A DNA stretch of 64,000 bases from assembly GCA_011523845.1 (NCBI GenBank), contig WTFV01000225.1, positions 8,747 to 72,746 on the forward strand, written 5' to 3'. This document shows, piece by piece, positions 38,702 to 47,576 of this stretch. The notes below the pieces were generated by a model. The model saw only the letters and a list, made by a program, of their open reading frames with translations, did not search any database and was not told the DNA's origin. The position numbers were made by a program, and so were the translations under genes. This DNA comes from Acidobacteriota bacterium (GTDB lineage Bacteria > Acidobacteriota > Vicinamibacteria > Vicinamibacterales > UBA8438). Position 1 is the stretch's first letter; each line of letters begins with the position of its first letter.

Positions 38702-40630
38702 ATGGTTACGAGCTTGCTGACGTCAGTTCATAGAGCGGCCCGGCGTTCCCCGCGGTTGCCGATCGTGATCCCCGCGCTGCTGGCCGCGACCCTCGCCGTG
38801 CAGCCGCTGCACGCGCAGGACGACTGGCGGCACTGGGGGCGCGACGCCGGCAACCAGCGCCACTCGCCGCTGACGCAGATCGACGTCGACAACGTCTCGA
38901 CCCTGGTGCCGGCCTGGCGCTACGAGATGACGAAGGTGGGCGTGCCGTCACGCCCGAGCCAGTCGACCCCGCTCCTGGTCGACGGCGTGCTGTACCTGTC
39001 GTTCCCCTACTACCGCGTGGTGGCGCTGGAGCCGGAGACCGGCGACGAGATCTGGGAGTACACGGCGCCCGGCGACTGGAACTCGCCCGAGCACCAGTTG
39101 CACTGGACGGGCGGCTCGATGCGGGGGCTGGCGTACTGGGAGGGCGACGACCGGACGCCCCCGCAGATCGTGTTCGGCACCGAGGAGGGCGAGCTGATCT
39201 CGCTGAACGCGGCCACCGGCATCCCCAACCCGCGGTTCGGCAGCGACGGCTTCGTCGACCTGAAGACCGAGGACGTGATGAACGGCTTCCCGAACATGCA
39301 TTACGGGATCTCGTCCGGCGTGGCCATCTGGAAGCACCTCGTGTTCACCGGGGTCCACAACGCCGACGAGACCGGGTCGAAGGGGCCGGCGGGCGACACC
39401 CGCGCGTGGGATCTGCGGACGGGCGAGCTCGTCTGGACGTTCCACACCGTGCCCCGGCCCGGCGAGTTCGGCAACGAAACCTGGCTCGACGACTCGTGGC
39501 GCAACGTCAGCGGCGCCAACACCTGGTCGTTCTTCACAATCGACGAGGAGCGCGGCATTCTGTACATGCCGCTGGGGTCCGCCCACAACGATTTCTACGG
39601 CATGGACCGGCCCGGGGACAATCTCTTTTCGGACTCCATCGTGGCCGTCGACGCCCTGACGGGAGAGCGGCTGTGGCACTTCCAGGCCGTCCATCACGAC
39701 CTGTGGGACCTGGACATGCCGGCGCCGCCCATCCTGTTCGACGTCGAGCGGGACGGCGAGACGATTCCGGCCGTCGGCGTCGTGACGAAGTACCCGGTGC
39801 TGTTCATCTTCAACCGGGTCACCGGCGAGCCGATCTACGAGATCGAGGAACGACCCGTCCCGCGGGGGAACATGCCCGGTGAGTACTACTCGCCGACGCA
39901 GCCGTTCCCGGTGAAGCCGCCGCCCTTCGGACGCATCGATTTCACGATGGACGACATCGCGACGGTGACGCCCGAGCACACGGCCGCCTGCCGCGAGCTG
40001 CTGATGCAGTACGACGGCGGCCGGAACCGCGGCCCCTACACGCCGCCGTCCGCGGAGGGCGCGCTCGTGTTCCCGTCGACCGGCGGCGGGACGGAGTTCA
40101 CCGGCGGGACCTTCGATCCGAGCCTCGGGTACTACATCATCAACTACGCGGACACCGGCCACATCAGCCAGCTCGTGAAGGTGGAGGACGATCCCGATCG
40201 CCGCGGCTACGTGGGTCCTCCCGAGTCGCGCCGGATCTACTGGCACGTCGTCACCCGGCCGTCCGTCAACGGCTGGCCCTGCTGGCAGCCGCCCTGGTCG
40301 AGGCTGGTCGCCGTGGACGTCAACCGCGGCGAGATCGCCTGGATGATCCCGTTCGGCACGGTCGAGGGCGCGCCCCCCGGCCTGCTGACCGGTGCTCCCA
40401 ACTCGCAGAAGGGCGGCCCGACCTCCACCGCGGGGGGCGTGCTCTTCATCGGCGGGGCCAGCGACCGGCGGTTCCGCGCCTACGAGACGAAGACCGGGCG
40501 CGAGCTGTGGAGCGTCGAGACCGAGCAGATGATCAGCGGCGCCAACCCCATTACCTACATGGGCAAGGACGGCAAGCAGTACGTCGCCGTGGCGGCGGGC
40601 ACGACGCTGCTGACCTGGACGCTGCCGTGA
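38702..40630 (+). CDS. PQQ-dependent glucose/quinate dehydrogenase-like protein
   Basis: RHSPLTQI, FGSDGFVDL, GANTWS, HHDLWDLD, SPTQPFP, PPWSRLVA, ITYMGKDGKQYV. Confidence 0.92.
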   Translation: MVTSLLTSVHRAARRSPRLPIVIPALLAATLAVQPLHAQDDWRHWGRDAGNQRHSPLTQIDVDNVSTLVPAWRYEMTKVGVPSRPSQSTPLLVDGVLYLSFPYYRVVALEPETGDEIWEYTAPGDWNSPEHQLHWTGGSMRGLAYWEGDDRTPPQIVFGTEEGELISLNAATGIPNPRFGSDGFVDLKTEDVMNGFPNMHYGISSGVAIWKHLVFTGVHNADETGSKGPAGDTRAWDLRTGELVWTFHTVPRPGEFGNETWLDDSWRNVSGANTWSFFTIDEERGILYMPLGSAHNDFYGMDRPGDNLFSDSIVAVDALTGERLWHFQAVHHDLWDLDMPAPPILFDVERDGETIPAVGVVTKYPVLFIFNRVTGEPIYEIEERPVPRGNMPGEYYSPTQPFPVKPPPFGRIDFTMDDIATVTPEHTAACRELLMQYDGGRNRGPYTPPSAEGALVFPSTGGGTEFTGGTFDPSLGYYIINYADTGHISQLVKVEDDPDRRGYVGPPESRRIYWHVVTRPSVNGWPCWQPPWSRLVAVDVNRGEIAWMIPFGTVEGAPPGLLTGAPNSQKGGPTSTAGGVLFIGGASDRRFRAYETKTGRELWSVETEQMISGANPITYMGKDGKQYVAVAAGTTLLTWTLP

Positions 40631-40904
40631 GGGCGAACTTCGCGCGTCCGGTGAGGGCGGTCGCGGGTTTCTCCCCGGCTGTTGACGGTGAAATACAATT
40701 CAGAACGATGGCTCTGGTGAGCAGTCGGGGAGGGGCGGGGACAGTGAATCTTGTCCATGCACAGGATCAACGAACGGCGCCGGCGATTTCGCTGCACGGG
40801 CTCCGGCGGCCACTCCGGGCCCCGAGCAGTGCCAGTTTCGCGGGGCTGGCGAAAACCAAGAGCTGGTGGACGCGCTTGGTCGTCTGCTCGAACAGCCTGA
40901 GCCT

Positions 40905-41045
40905 CCCCGGACGTGTCTCGATGTCGCCGATCGCGACGCGTAGCTGGTCGGCAGCATGGCAGACCATCTGCGTGACCGGCATCGTCCCCCACTGTCCGAC
41001 GTTCTCCGGCGAGAGCTGTCAATCCTCGTGTGGATGGCCGCCCGT
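40905..41045 (-). pseudogene. frameshifted N-terminal fragment of a DUF1569/DinB-like protein
   Basis: AIHTRIDS / SPENVGQWGTMPVTQMVCHAADQLRVAIGD. Confidence 0.5.
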
Positions 41046-41131
41046 ACGGAGCGTCTGAGGAGTGTGGGGGGCATGGGGCTCAGATGGCCCTCGTCGACTG
41101 AGTCGAGTTGAGCTGGCAGCATGTGACTGTC

Positions 41132-41395
41132 TCAGAGGTTCCTCTGGACGTCATCGGCCCTGCCTGTGGTCTCGCCTGAGACATCGATCGGCGTCAACCG
41201 ATACACCCGCTCCGCGAGCCTGGATGCGCGCTCCACGTCGCCTCCACGTAGCGCATCCCGAACGTCATCGAGCTTGTACGCGTCGTCCAGAGACAAATAC
41301 GGCGCCCAACCTCCCTCGCCTTCGAAGATCTCGACGTTGACCTCGGCCGCGAACGCGCCGCCGCGGACGAATTTCGTGATCGGTCTGACATTCAT
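41132..41395 (-). CDS. small protein, putative partner/antitoxin of DUF4258
   Basis: AAEVNVEI..GWAPYLSLDDAYKLDDVRDALRGGD; overlaps the DUF4258 stop. Confidence 0.75.
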   Translation of the reverse strand: MNVRPITKFVRGGAFAAEVNVEIFEGEGGWAPYLSLDDAYKLDDVRDALRGGDVERASRLAERVYRLTPIDVSGETTGRADDVQRNL

Positions 41396-41715
41396 TTCCG
41401 CCTCCTCAGCCACATCTGATCCCACCGCGCGGGATCGGGTCTGTATGCGGTGACGACGACGGCAGGCGACTCCCGTCCAGAGGGAATGCCCCAGACTACA
41501 TGAACCGGGCGATCCGCCGCATCCCGCTGCAGCACCGGGCAGCAGCGACCCTTCGGATAGTCCGGATAGTCCTCGACCATGACGGCCCTCGCAACTCCGG
41601 CGATGACGTCGCGAACCTGTACATGGTCCGCCGCCAGTTCCTCAGTTCCGTGGAGCGACACCCGCACTTCGTTGCGTGCCACCAGCGTCTGAATGCGCTC
41701 AAGGGTCGTGCTCAT
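41392..41715 (-). CDS. DUF4258 domain protein (putative RelE-like toxin)
   Basis: VRVSLHG..EL, VEDYPDY, PVHVVWG, VVTAYRPDP..W. Confidence 0.85.
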   Translation of the reverse strand: MSTTLERIQTLVARNEVRVSLHGTEELAADHVQVRDVIAGVARAVMVEDYPDYPKGRCCPVLQRDAADRPVHVVWGIPSGRESPAVVVTAYRPDPARWDQMWLRRRK

Positions 41716-42248
41716 GCTCGTGCGAAGATCCCATCCTCGCGCACGATGGCGTACAGCAACTGGTCCTGTACGACCCCGTCCTTGACGGCGCTCCGGCGCA
41801 TGCGGCCCTCCAGCCGGTAGCCGGCCTTCTCCAGCACGCGGCAGGACGCGGTGTTCCCGGCGAGGGGCACGGCAAACAGCCGTTCCACCTCGTAGGTGGC
41901 GAAGGCATACTCGGTGAAGCTCACCAGTGCACGTGTCGCAATGCCCCGACCCCAGTACGACTCGCCGAGCCAGTAGCCCACCTCCGCCGAGCAGCGCTCC
42001 ACATCCTCGCCGAGCACGGCACCGATGGAGCCGACGGGCTGGTCGTCAACCGTCACGGCGAACGCCGTCTCCGGATTTGCGCCGCCCGCGAACGCGATGA
42101 ACCCGCGCGCATCGTCGATTGTGTAGGGATGGGGAAACCGATCCCGCAACTGCAACCACACCTTGTGGTTGTTGGCGTGCCGGGCCAGCTCGGCGGCGTC
42201 CGACTCGCGGAACGACCGCACGCCGCATGACTCCAGATCGAGTTGCAT
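41712..42248 (-). CDS. GNAT N-acetyltransferase (RimJ/RimL family)
   Basis: LRDRFPHPYT, AEVGYWLG..YWGRGIAT, NTASCRVLEKAG. Confidence 0.92.
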   Translation of the reverse strand: MQLDLESCGVRSFRESDAAELARHANNHKVWLQLRDRFPHPYTIDDARGFIAFAGGANPETAFAVTVDDQPVGSIGAVLGEDVERCSAEVGYWLGESYWGRGIATRALVSFTEYAFATYEVERLFAVPLAGNTASCRVLEKAGYRLEGRMRRSAVKDGVVQDQLLYAIVREDGIFARA

Positions 42249-42275
42249 CGGCTGTTCCGGCCGGCCCGGTTCACG

Positions 42276-42671
42276 CTACGGCGTGATCGCCAATGGATGT
42301 CCAACGAGGCGACGATCCACGGTAAGCAGCCGCAAGCCTTCCTCCTGGGCCTGCGCGAGCAGCAACTCGTCGAACGGGTCGCGGTGCGGAACGGCGACCT
42401 CCAGGCTCCTGCACGCGTGCACCATCGTCATCGGCAGAAACGTAACGTCCTGCTGTTCGAGCGCGGCGACCACATCCTCCGGATCGAAGCGACTCTTGCG
42501 GACTCCGGACCCGTGCCGCGCCTGGAACTTCAGGCGCATCTCCCGGATCGACACGGCGCTCACGTAGATGCGCGCCGCGTGGTCATCGAGGAACCCGCGC
42601 TCCGCGTCCGTGAACAGACCGAGCGATTCCATCAGGTCGTAGAGGTAGGACGTGTCGAGCAGAACACGCAC
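42276..42671 (-). CDS. VapC PIN-domain toxin
   Basis: VLLDT, VSAVSIRE, HRDPFD..LLAQA, LTVD. Confidence 0.9.
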   Translation of the reverse strand: MRVLLDTSYLYDLMESLGLFTDAERGFLDDHAARIYVSAVSIREMRLKFQARHGSGVRKSRFDPEDVVAALEQQDVTFLPMTMVHACRSLEVAVPHRDPFDELLLAQAQEEGLRLLTVDRRLVGHPLAITP

Positions 42672-42677
42672 GAGCGC

Positions 42678-42944
42678 TCATCCGTCCTCCGGTTCGAGAC
42701 CGAGCACACGCCGGCTGAATGCCGGATCGTTGAACTCGTCCGGCCACCGCTCACCATCTCCTTCGATGCCGAGCCGCCGGCGCGCCTCCTCCAGCTTGTC
42801 GAAGTCGATGCCGCCTCGGCGGCGACAGCGGACCAGCTCCACGGCCGGGACGCCGTGCCTGGTGATTACCACGCGCTCGCCCTTCTCGGCGGCCGCGATG
42901 AGCTCCGACAATCGAGCCTTGGCTTCACGCACCGCGAGTTCCAT
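42678..42944 (-). CDS. Phd/YefM antitoxin
   Basis: VREAKARLSELI..AEKGERVVITRHGVP. Confidence 0.92.
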   Translation of the reverse strand: MELAVREAKARLSELIAAAEKGERVVITRHGVPAVELVRCRRRGGIDFDKLEEARRRLGIEGDGERWPDEFNDPAFSRRVLGLEPEDG

Positions 42945-43135
42945 GAACCGCCTCCTCAACCACCCGCCCGTCGATTCACCATACGGCAGGTTCGACCACA
43001 GACAAGACTACACCGTGACTACACCTTGCGTCGCCGTCTACAGGCGGCTGCCGCCCTGGTGAGCGCTGTCCTGCAGAGAGAGCCGGCGCGGGTACGGCCA
43101 GGACCTCGATAGCCGGGCTCCGCGTGCCGTAGCAG

Positions 43136-45973
43136 CTACCCACCCCAACCGTAGTTGAGCCGCGCGTAGTAGTACCCGCCGCTCAGGCCCCACGGCGTGA
43201 ACTGGCTGTAGGGCAGGCCGAACCGCGCGGCGAACAGGTCCATCCGGTCCGAGAAGGTGTCGAAGACGTTCTGGCCGCCGACCGCCAGCGTGACGTCCGG
43301 AGCAAGGGCGACGCTGGCCTCCAGGTCGAGGATGAAGCGGCCGCCGAGCACCTGCGCGTCGGCGCCCCGCGCGGAGCGCGCGTCGAGGTGGTCGACCCAC
43401 GACCCGAAGTAGTGCAGGCGGCCGAGCAGGCCGACCCGCCCGGCGCGCTGGTTGACGGCGACGTTCCAGCGCGTCTCCGGCACCCCCCGTTCCAGGGCGA
43501 GCACGTCGCCGGGGCTGAGCAGCTCCGACTCTTTCGTCACCTCCGTGTCGGTGTGGTTCAGGGCCAGGCTGAAGACCGTGTCGCCTCCCAATCCGGGGGG
43601 CGCCCAGGTCGAAACGACGTCGATCCCCCGCGTCCGGGTCGAGAAGTCGTTGATGAAGAACCGGAAGAAGGCCAGGGTGCGCGCCGACGTGATGCCTTCC
43701 GACAGGAGCAACGCGCGCTCGTCGGCTCCCAGCGTGAAGTTCTGCGACAGGGCGAGGCGGTTCACGACGTCGACGTGGAAATAGTCGGCGGTGAGCGTGA
43801 ACCCGCCGGTGTCGACCACCAGCCCGGCCGTCGCGTTGGTCGACGTCTCGGGATCGAGCGGCCGGCCGCCCCGGAGCTGCGCCGCCCGGTAGGTGGACGG
43901 CACGGTGGCGCTGTCGACCAGGTCCAGCGTCCTGGGGTTGATGGTCGACTGCACGTTGAACGTGTTCTGCTGGCCCGGCGTGGGGGCGCGGAAACCGGTG
44001 CTGACCCCGCCGCGCACCGAGACGGTGTCGCCCAGCCCGTAGCGGGTGGAGAGCTTGCCGTTCGCCGTCGCGCCGAACACGTCGAAGCGTTCGACCCGCA
44101 ACGCCCCGCCGACGGTCCAGCGGTCGTCGGGACTGCCCAGCTCCACGTCGCCGTAGAGGGCGACGTTGGCGCGGGTCCAGGTGCCGGCGGTGTAGTCGGG
44201 AAAGCCCGCGAAGCCGTTCGAGCCCGAGACGAAGCCCTGCGCCGCGAACGGACCGACCTCCCAAGACGGCCGCTCCCCGGCGCGGATGGTGAAGCGCTCG
44301 TCCCGCCACTCGGCGCCGCCCGCCAGATGGACCAGGTCCGTGGCGGCGTAGGAGACGTCGAAGTTGAGGTTGACCTCCGCCTGCCGGTAAAGCCCCGGGT
44401 CGAAATTGCGCGGGGTGTCGGGACCGAGCGACGCGTTGACGGTGTTGAACAGGAAGAAGTCCGCCTGGTGGGCGCCGTAGCTCGCGCTGGCGTCCCAGGT
44501 CAGGCCGTTGGCGGCGGCGCGGCGCAGGCCGGCGACGGCCGACAGGTCCGTGATCACGCCGCTGTAGGACGGGGTGAACCCGCCCGGGGCGATCTCCTGA
44601 AACGAGAAGCAGTTCGGGTCGGCGAACACCCGCGCCAGGGCCGCCTGGTCCGGCCTGTGGTCGATGATACTCACCGTGGGACAGTTGGCCGAGCCGTCCC
44701 GGATGCCGTCGCGCGCGTCGATCACGTCCCCGACGAGCAGCGTCCGGCCGCCGTCGAGACTGAAGATGTTGGCCCGCGTGTTCGGGTTCCGGAAGTAGAA
44801 CCCCTGCGCCGACGTCTTGTGCGCGTAGTTGGCGTGGCCGTAGAGTTGCATGCCGTTGGCGTGCAGGTGGCCGAAGTTGCCGAACAGCTTCAGATCGTCC
44901 TCGCTCGTCGTGTTGCCCCACGGCTGCGCCGGGTCGGCCACCGCGGTGTTGCCGGCCGCGATGAGCGCCGCCGCGTCGGCGCGCTGCACGCTGCGGTCGG
45001 TGGGACCGGCGTTGCCGTACTCCAGGCTGAGGTTGGCGAAGCCGTTGTCGCCGAGCGGGAGTCCGACGTTGCCGGCGACGTTGTACGCGCCGCCGTCGCC
45101 CGCGCGGTAGGTCCCGGTGTCGAACTCCAGGCTGCCGCCCTCGCGGGCGTCCTTGAGCAGAAAATTCAGCACGCCGGCGATGGCGTCCGAGCCGTACTGC
45201 GCCGAGGCGCCGTCGCGCAGCACCTCGACCTGCCGCAGCGCGATCGCCGGAATGGTCGAGATGTCCGGCCCCTGCGTGCCGTCGGTGACGCCGCCGAACC
45301 AGACCAGGATCGCCGAGCGGTGGCGGCGCTTGCCGTTCACCAGCACCAGCGTGTGGTCGTGGGCGAGGTTGCGCAGGCTCGCCGGCCGCACCAGCGAGGC
45401 CGCGCCGCTGATCGGGTGCGTGGCGACGTTGAACGAGGGCACCAGGTTCCGCAACTGGTAGTCGAGCGTCGTGGCGCCCTGGCTCATCACGTCGCGGAAC
45501 GGAATGGCGTCGATGGGAACCGGGGATTCGGTCACCGAACGGGGCTGCGCCCGGCTGCCGACGACGACCACCTGCTCTTCGAGCTGCACCGAAAGAACGA
45601 TGTCCAGGGCGATGGTTGCTCCCGCACCGAGCGCCACGTTGCGCCGCACGTCGGGCTGGAAGCCGGGCAGCGTGGACGTCACGTCGTAGGTGCCCGGCGG
45701 GAGTCCACTGAAGGCGAACACGCCAGCGCCGTCGGTGAAGGTGATCTCGGTCGGGCCACCGGGCTGCGTGCCGCGCGCCTCGACGGTCACGCCCGGCAGC
45801 ACGAGACCCGTGGCGTCGGTGACGGTACCTTCGATGACTGCTTCCTGCGCGTGGACGACCCCCGGCACAACGAGTCCCGCCAGCAGCGCAAGAAGGATCA
45901 CTCTACGAAGAAACTCGGCTTCCGCTTCTACCCTCAGGATGTCCGCCGCAGACGGGAATGGCCAACTTGACAT
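43136..45973 (-). CDS. TonB-dependent receptor with carboxypeptidase-like N-domain
   Basis: GTVTDATGLVLPGVTV, LVLVNGKRRH, VEVLRDGASAQYGSDAIAGV, TGFRAP. Start uncertain. Confidence 0.92.
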   Translation of the reverse strand: MSSWPFPSAADILRVEAEAEFLRRVILLALLAGLVVPGVVHAQEAVIEGTVTDATGLVLPGVTVEARGTQPGGPTEITFTDGAGVFAFSGLPPGTYDVTSTLPGFQPDVRRNVALGAGATIALDIVLSVQLEEQVVVVGSRAQPRSVTESPVPIDAIPFRDVMSQGATTLDYQLRNLVPSFNVATHPISGAASLVRPASLRNLAHDHTLVLVNGKRRHRSAILVWFGGVTDGTQGPDISTIPAIALRQVEVLRDGASAQYGSDAIAGVLNFLLKDAREGGSLEFDTGTYRAGDGGAYNVAGNVGLPLGDNGFANLSLEYGNAGPTDRSVQRADAAALIAAGNTAVADPAQPWGNTTSEDDLKLFGNFGHLHANGMQLYGHANYAHKTSAQGFYFRNPNTRANIFSLDGGRTLLVGDVIDARDGIRDGSANCPTVSIIDHRPDQAALARVFADPNCFSFQEIAPGGFTPSYSGVITDLSAVAGLRRAAANGLTWDASASYGAHQADFFLFNTVNASLGPDTPRNFDPGLYRQAEVNLNFDVSYAATDLVHLAGGAEWRDERFTIRAGERPSWEVGPFAAQGFVSGSNGFAGFPDYTAGTWTRANVALYGDVELGSPDDRWTVGGALRVERFDVFGATANGKLSTRYGLGDTVSVRGGVSTGFRAPTPGQQNTFNVQSTINPRTLDLVDSATVPSTYRAAQLRGGRPLDPETSTNATAGLVVDTGGFTLTADYFHVDVVNRLALSQNFTLGADERALLLSEGITSARTLAFFRFFINDFSTRTRGIDVVSTWAPPGLGGDTVFSLALNHTDTEVTKESELLSPGDVLALERGVPETRWNVAVNQRAGRVGLLGRLHYFGSWVDHLDARSARGADAQVLGGRFILDLEASVALAPDVTLAVGGQNVFDTFSDRMDLFAARFGLPYSQFTPWGLSGGYYYARLNYGWGG

Positions 45974-46114
45974 CTACCAAGACTACGCGAAAGTTCGTGT
46001 CATCACGAAACCGACGTCGTGCATCGACGCTCTCGTACGGGGTTCACGGGCCCAACTGCCCGCGTGGGTAGACCACGAATCCCTTTTGCTCTTCTTGGGG
46101 GGCGTCGGCAGCAC

Positions 46115-46897
46115 TCAGCGCCGTCGCCGCACGAACGCCAGGCCGGACCAGTCCTCGTCCACGGCGCAGACCTTGAAGTCGACCAGCCCACCGGCGAGTG
46201 CGACGCGCCGCACGTCGTCGCCGGTGTGGTCTGCGGCCAGCGGCGAGGTCTTCTTCGGCCAGCAGATCCAGAGCCGTCCGTCACCTGCAGCCTCCGCCAT
46301 CCGGGTCATGCCGCGTTCGAGCTCCCGCCGGGAGCGCGTGAACCACAGCGTGACGTCGCGAGGGCCGCGGTTCGTCGCGCGGAGCGCCACGTCGGGCGGC
46401 AGCGGATCGAGGATTGCCGCGAAACCGTCCGGGGGCTTCACCAACACCACTCGCATCCCCGGCTTGATGCCGAGCTTGCGGGGCAACGGCGTCCCGGAAT
46501 AGCCGGCAGTGGCCGCGGGCGCGGGCGCGGCGCCGCTCGGCGGCATGGCGAGCGCGCTGGCGACCGCGGTGACGACGTCCTCCGGCGCCGCGTGCATGGT
46601 CTCGAGCGGCAGCGCCTTGAGCCGTCCGAAAACGGACCGGTCCGTCGCGACGAAGACAATCGGGATCCGCCGCGTCGCCACCCGCTGGCGCAGGGCCAGG
46701 GCGATGTCGCGGCCGCGCGCCGGCGCCCGGTCGAGATCGATCACGACCGCGCGCGGCGGTTGCGTGGCGATACGCTTGAGGTCGTCCGGGCCGGTAACCG
46801 GTTTCCGGTCTATCGTGTAGCCCGCGTCCGCCAGGCGTGCGACCCAGGTGGCCGCCGCCGTCGACGCCCCGATGACTCTGACCGATCCGCGCGGCAT
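46115..46897 (-). CDS. DUF3052 domain protein with N-terminal receiver-like domain
   Basis: C-terminal GYSGTPLPRKLGIK, LWICWPKK, GLVDFKVCAVDEDWSG; N-terminal AVVIDL..IPIVFV. Confidence 0.8.
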   Translation of the reverse strand: MPRGSVRVIGASTAAATWVARLADAGYTIDRKPVTGPDDLKRIATQPPRAVVIDLDRAPARGRDIALALRQRVATRRIPIVFVATDRSVFGRLKALPLETMHAAPEDVVTAVASALAMPPSGAAPAPAATAGYSGTPLPRKLGIKPGMRVVLVKPPDGFAAILDPLPPDVALRATNRGPRDVTLWFTRSRRELERGMTRMAEAAGDGRLWICWPKKTSPLAADHTGDDVRRVALAGGLVDFKVCAVDEDWSGLAFVRRRR

Positions 46898-46905
46898 GCG
46901 GTAGT

Positions 46906-47015
46906 CTAGGAGCTTGCGCCGCAGAACGCAGCGAAGCAAAGGTTCTGTGGCGCAAGGTCATGGAGCGGGGGGATGGGCCGAAACGCCGAGCCAGCGAGGC
47001 GTTTCGGGGCGCTAC
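46906..47015 (+). mobile_element. family A element copy 3
   Basis: Highly similar to 11517-11627; begins with CTAG. Confidence 0.75.
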
Positions 47016-47032
47016 GAGGGAGGAGGCCATGC

Positions 47033-47287
47033 ATGGCGCTGGTCAAGAAGAGCATCACCATAACGGACCGTCAGGAGCAGTGGATCAGGGCGCAGGTCGC
47101 AAGCGGCGATTACGGCAGCGACAGCGAGTACTTCCGCACGCTGATCCGCCAGGACCAGGAACGAAACGCCACCTACCGGGCCTTGAAGAAGGCCATTCAG
47201 GAAGGTGTGGACAGCGGTGTCAGCGACAGGACGGTGAAGGAGATCTGGGCGGAGGCGGAGCGGCGCTACGAAGCCAGGCATGGCTGA
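47033..47287 (+). CDS. ParD-family antitoxin
   Basis: KKSITIT..WIRAQVASGDYGSDSEYFR..AIQEGVDSG. Confidence 0.9.
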   Translation: MALVKKSITITDRQEQWIRAQVASGDYGSDSEYFRTLIRQDQERNATYRALKKAIQEGVDSGVSDRTVKEIWAEAERRYEARHG

Positions 47288-47576
47288 CTTCCGCCTGTCG
47301 ACTCGCGCCGCGTCCGACCTTGGCGGCATCGCCCGTTACACCATCGAGACCTTCGGCATCGAGCAGGCGCGCCGGTACCGTGACGATCTGGAGGCCTGCT
47401 TCCGGACTCTGGCGGAAACGCCACGGCTGGGCAGGAGTGCGGAACGGCTTCGCCCCGGCCTGCGACGCTTCGAGCATCGCTCGCACACCGTGTTCTACAC
47501 GCAGGATGAAGACGGAATCCTGATCGTCCGTATCCTGCACGTCAGGATGGATGCCACGCGCCGCGTTGGCCCGTGA
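47280..47576 (+). CDS. ParE/RelE-family toxin
   Basis: FRLSTRAASDL..YTIETFG..QARRY, ILIVRILHVRMD. Confidence 0.92.
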   Translation: MADFRLSTRAASDLGGIARYTIETFGIEQARRYRDDLEACFRTLAETPRLGRSAERLRPGLRRFEHRSHTVFYTQDEDGILIVRILHVRMDATRRVGP

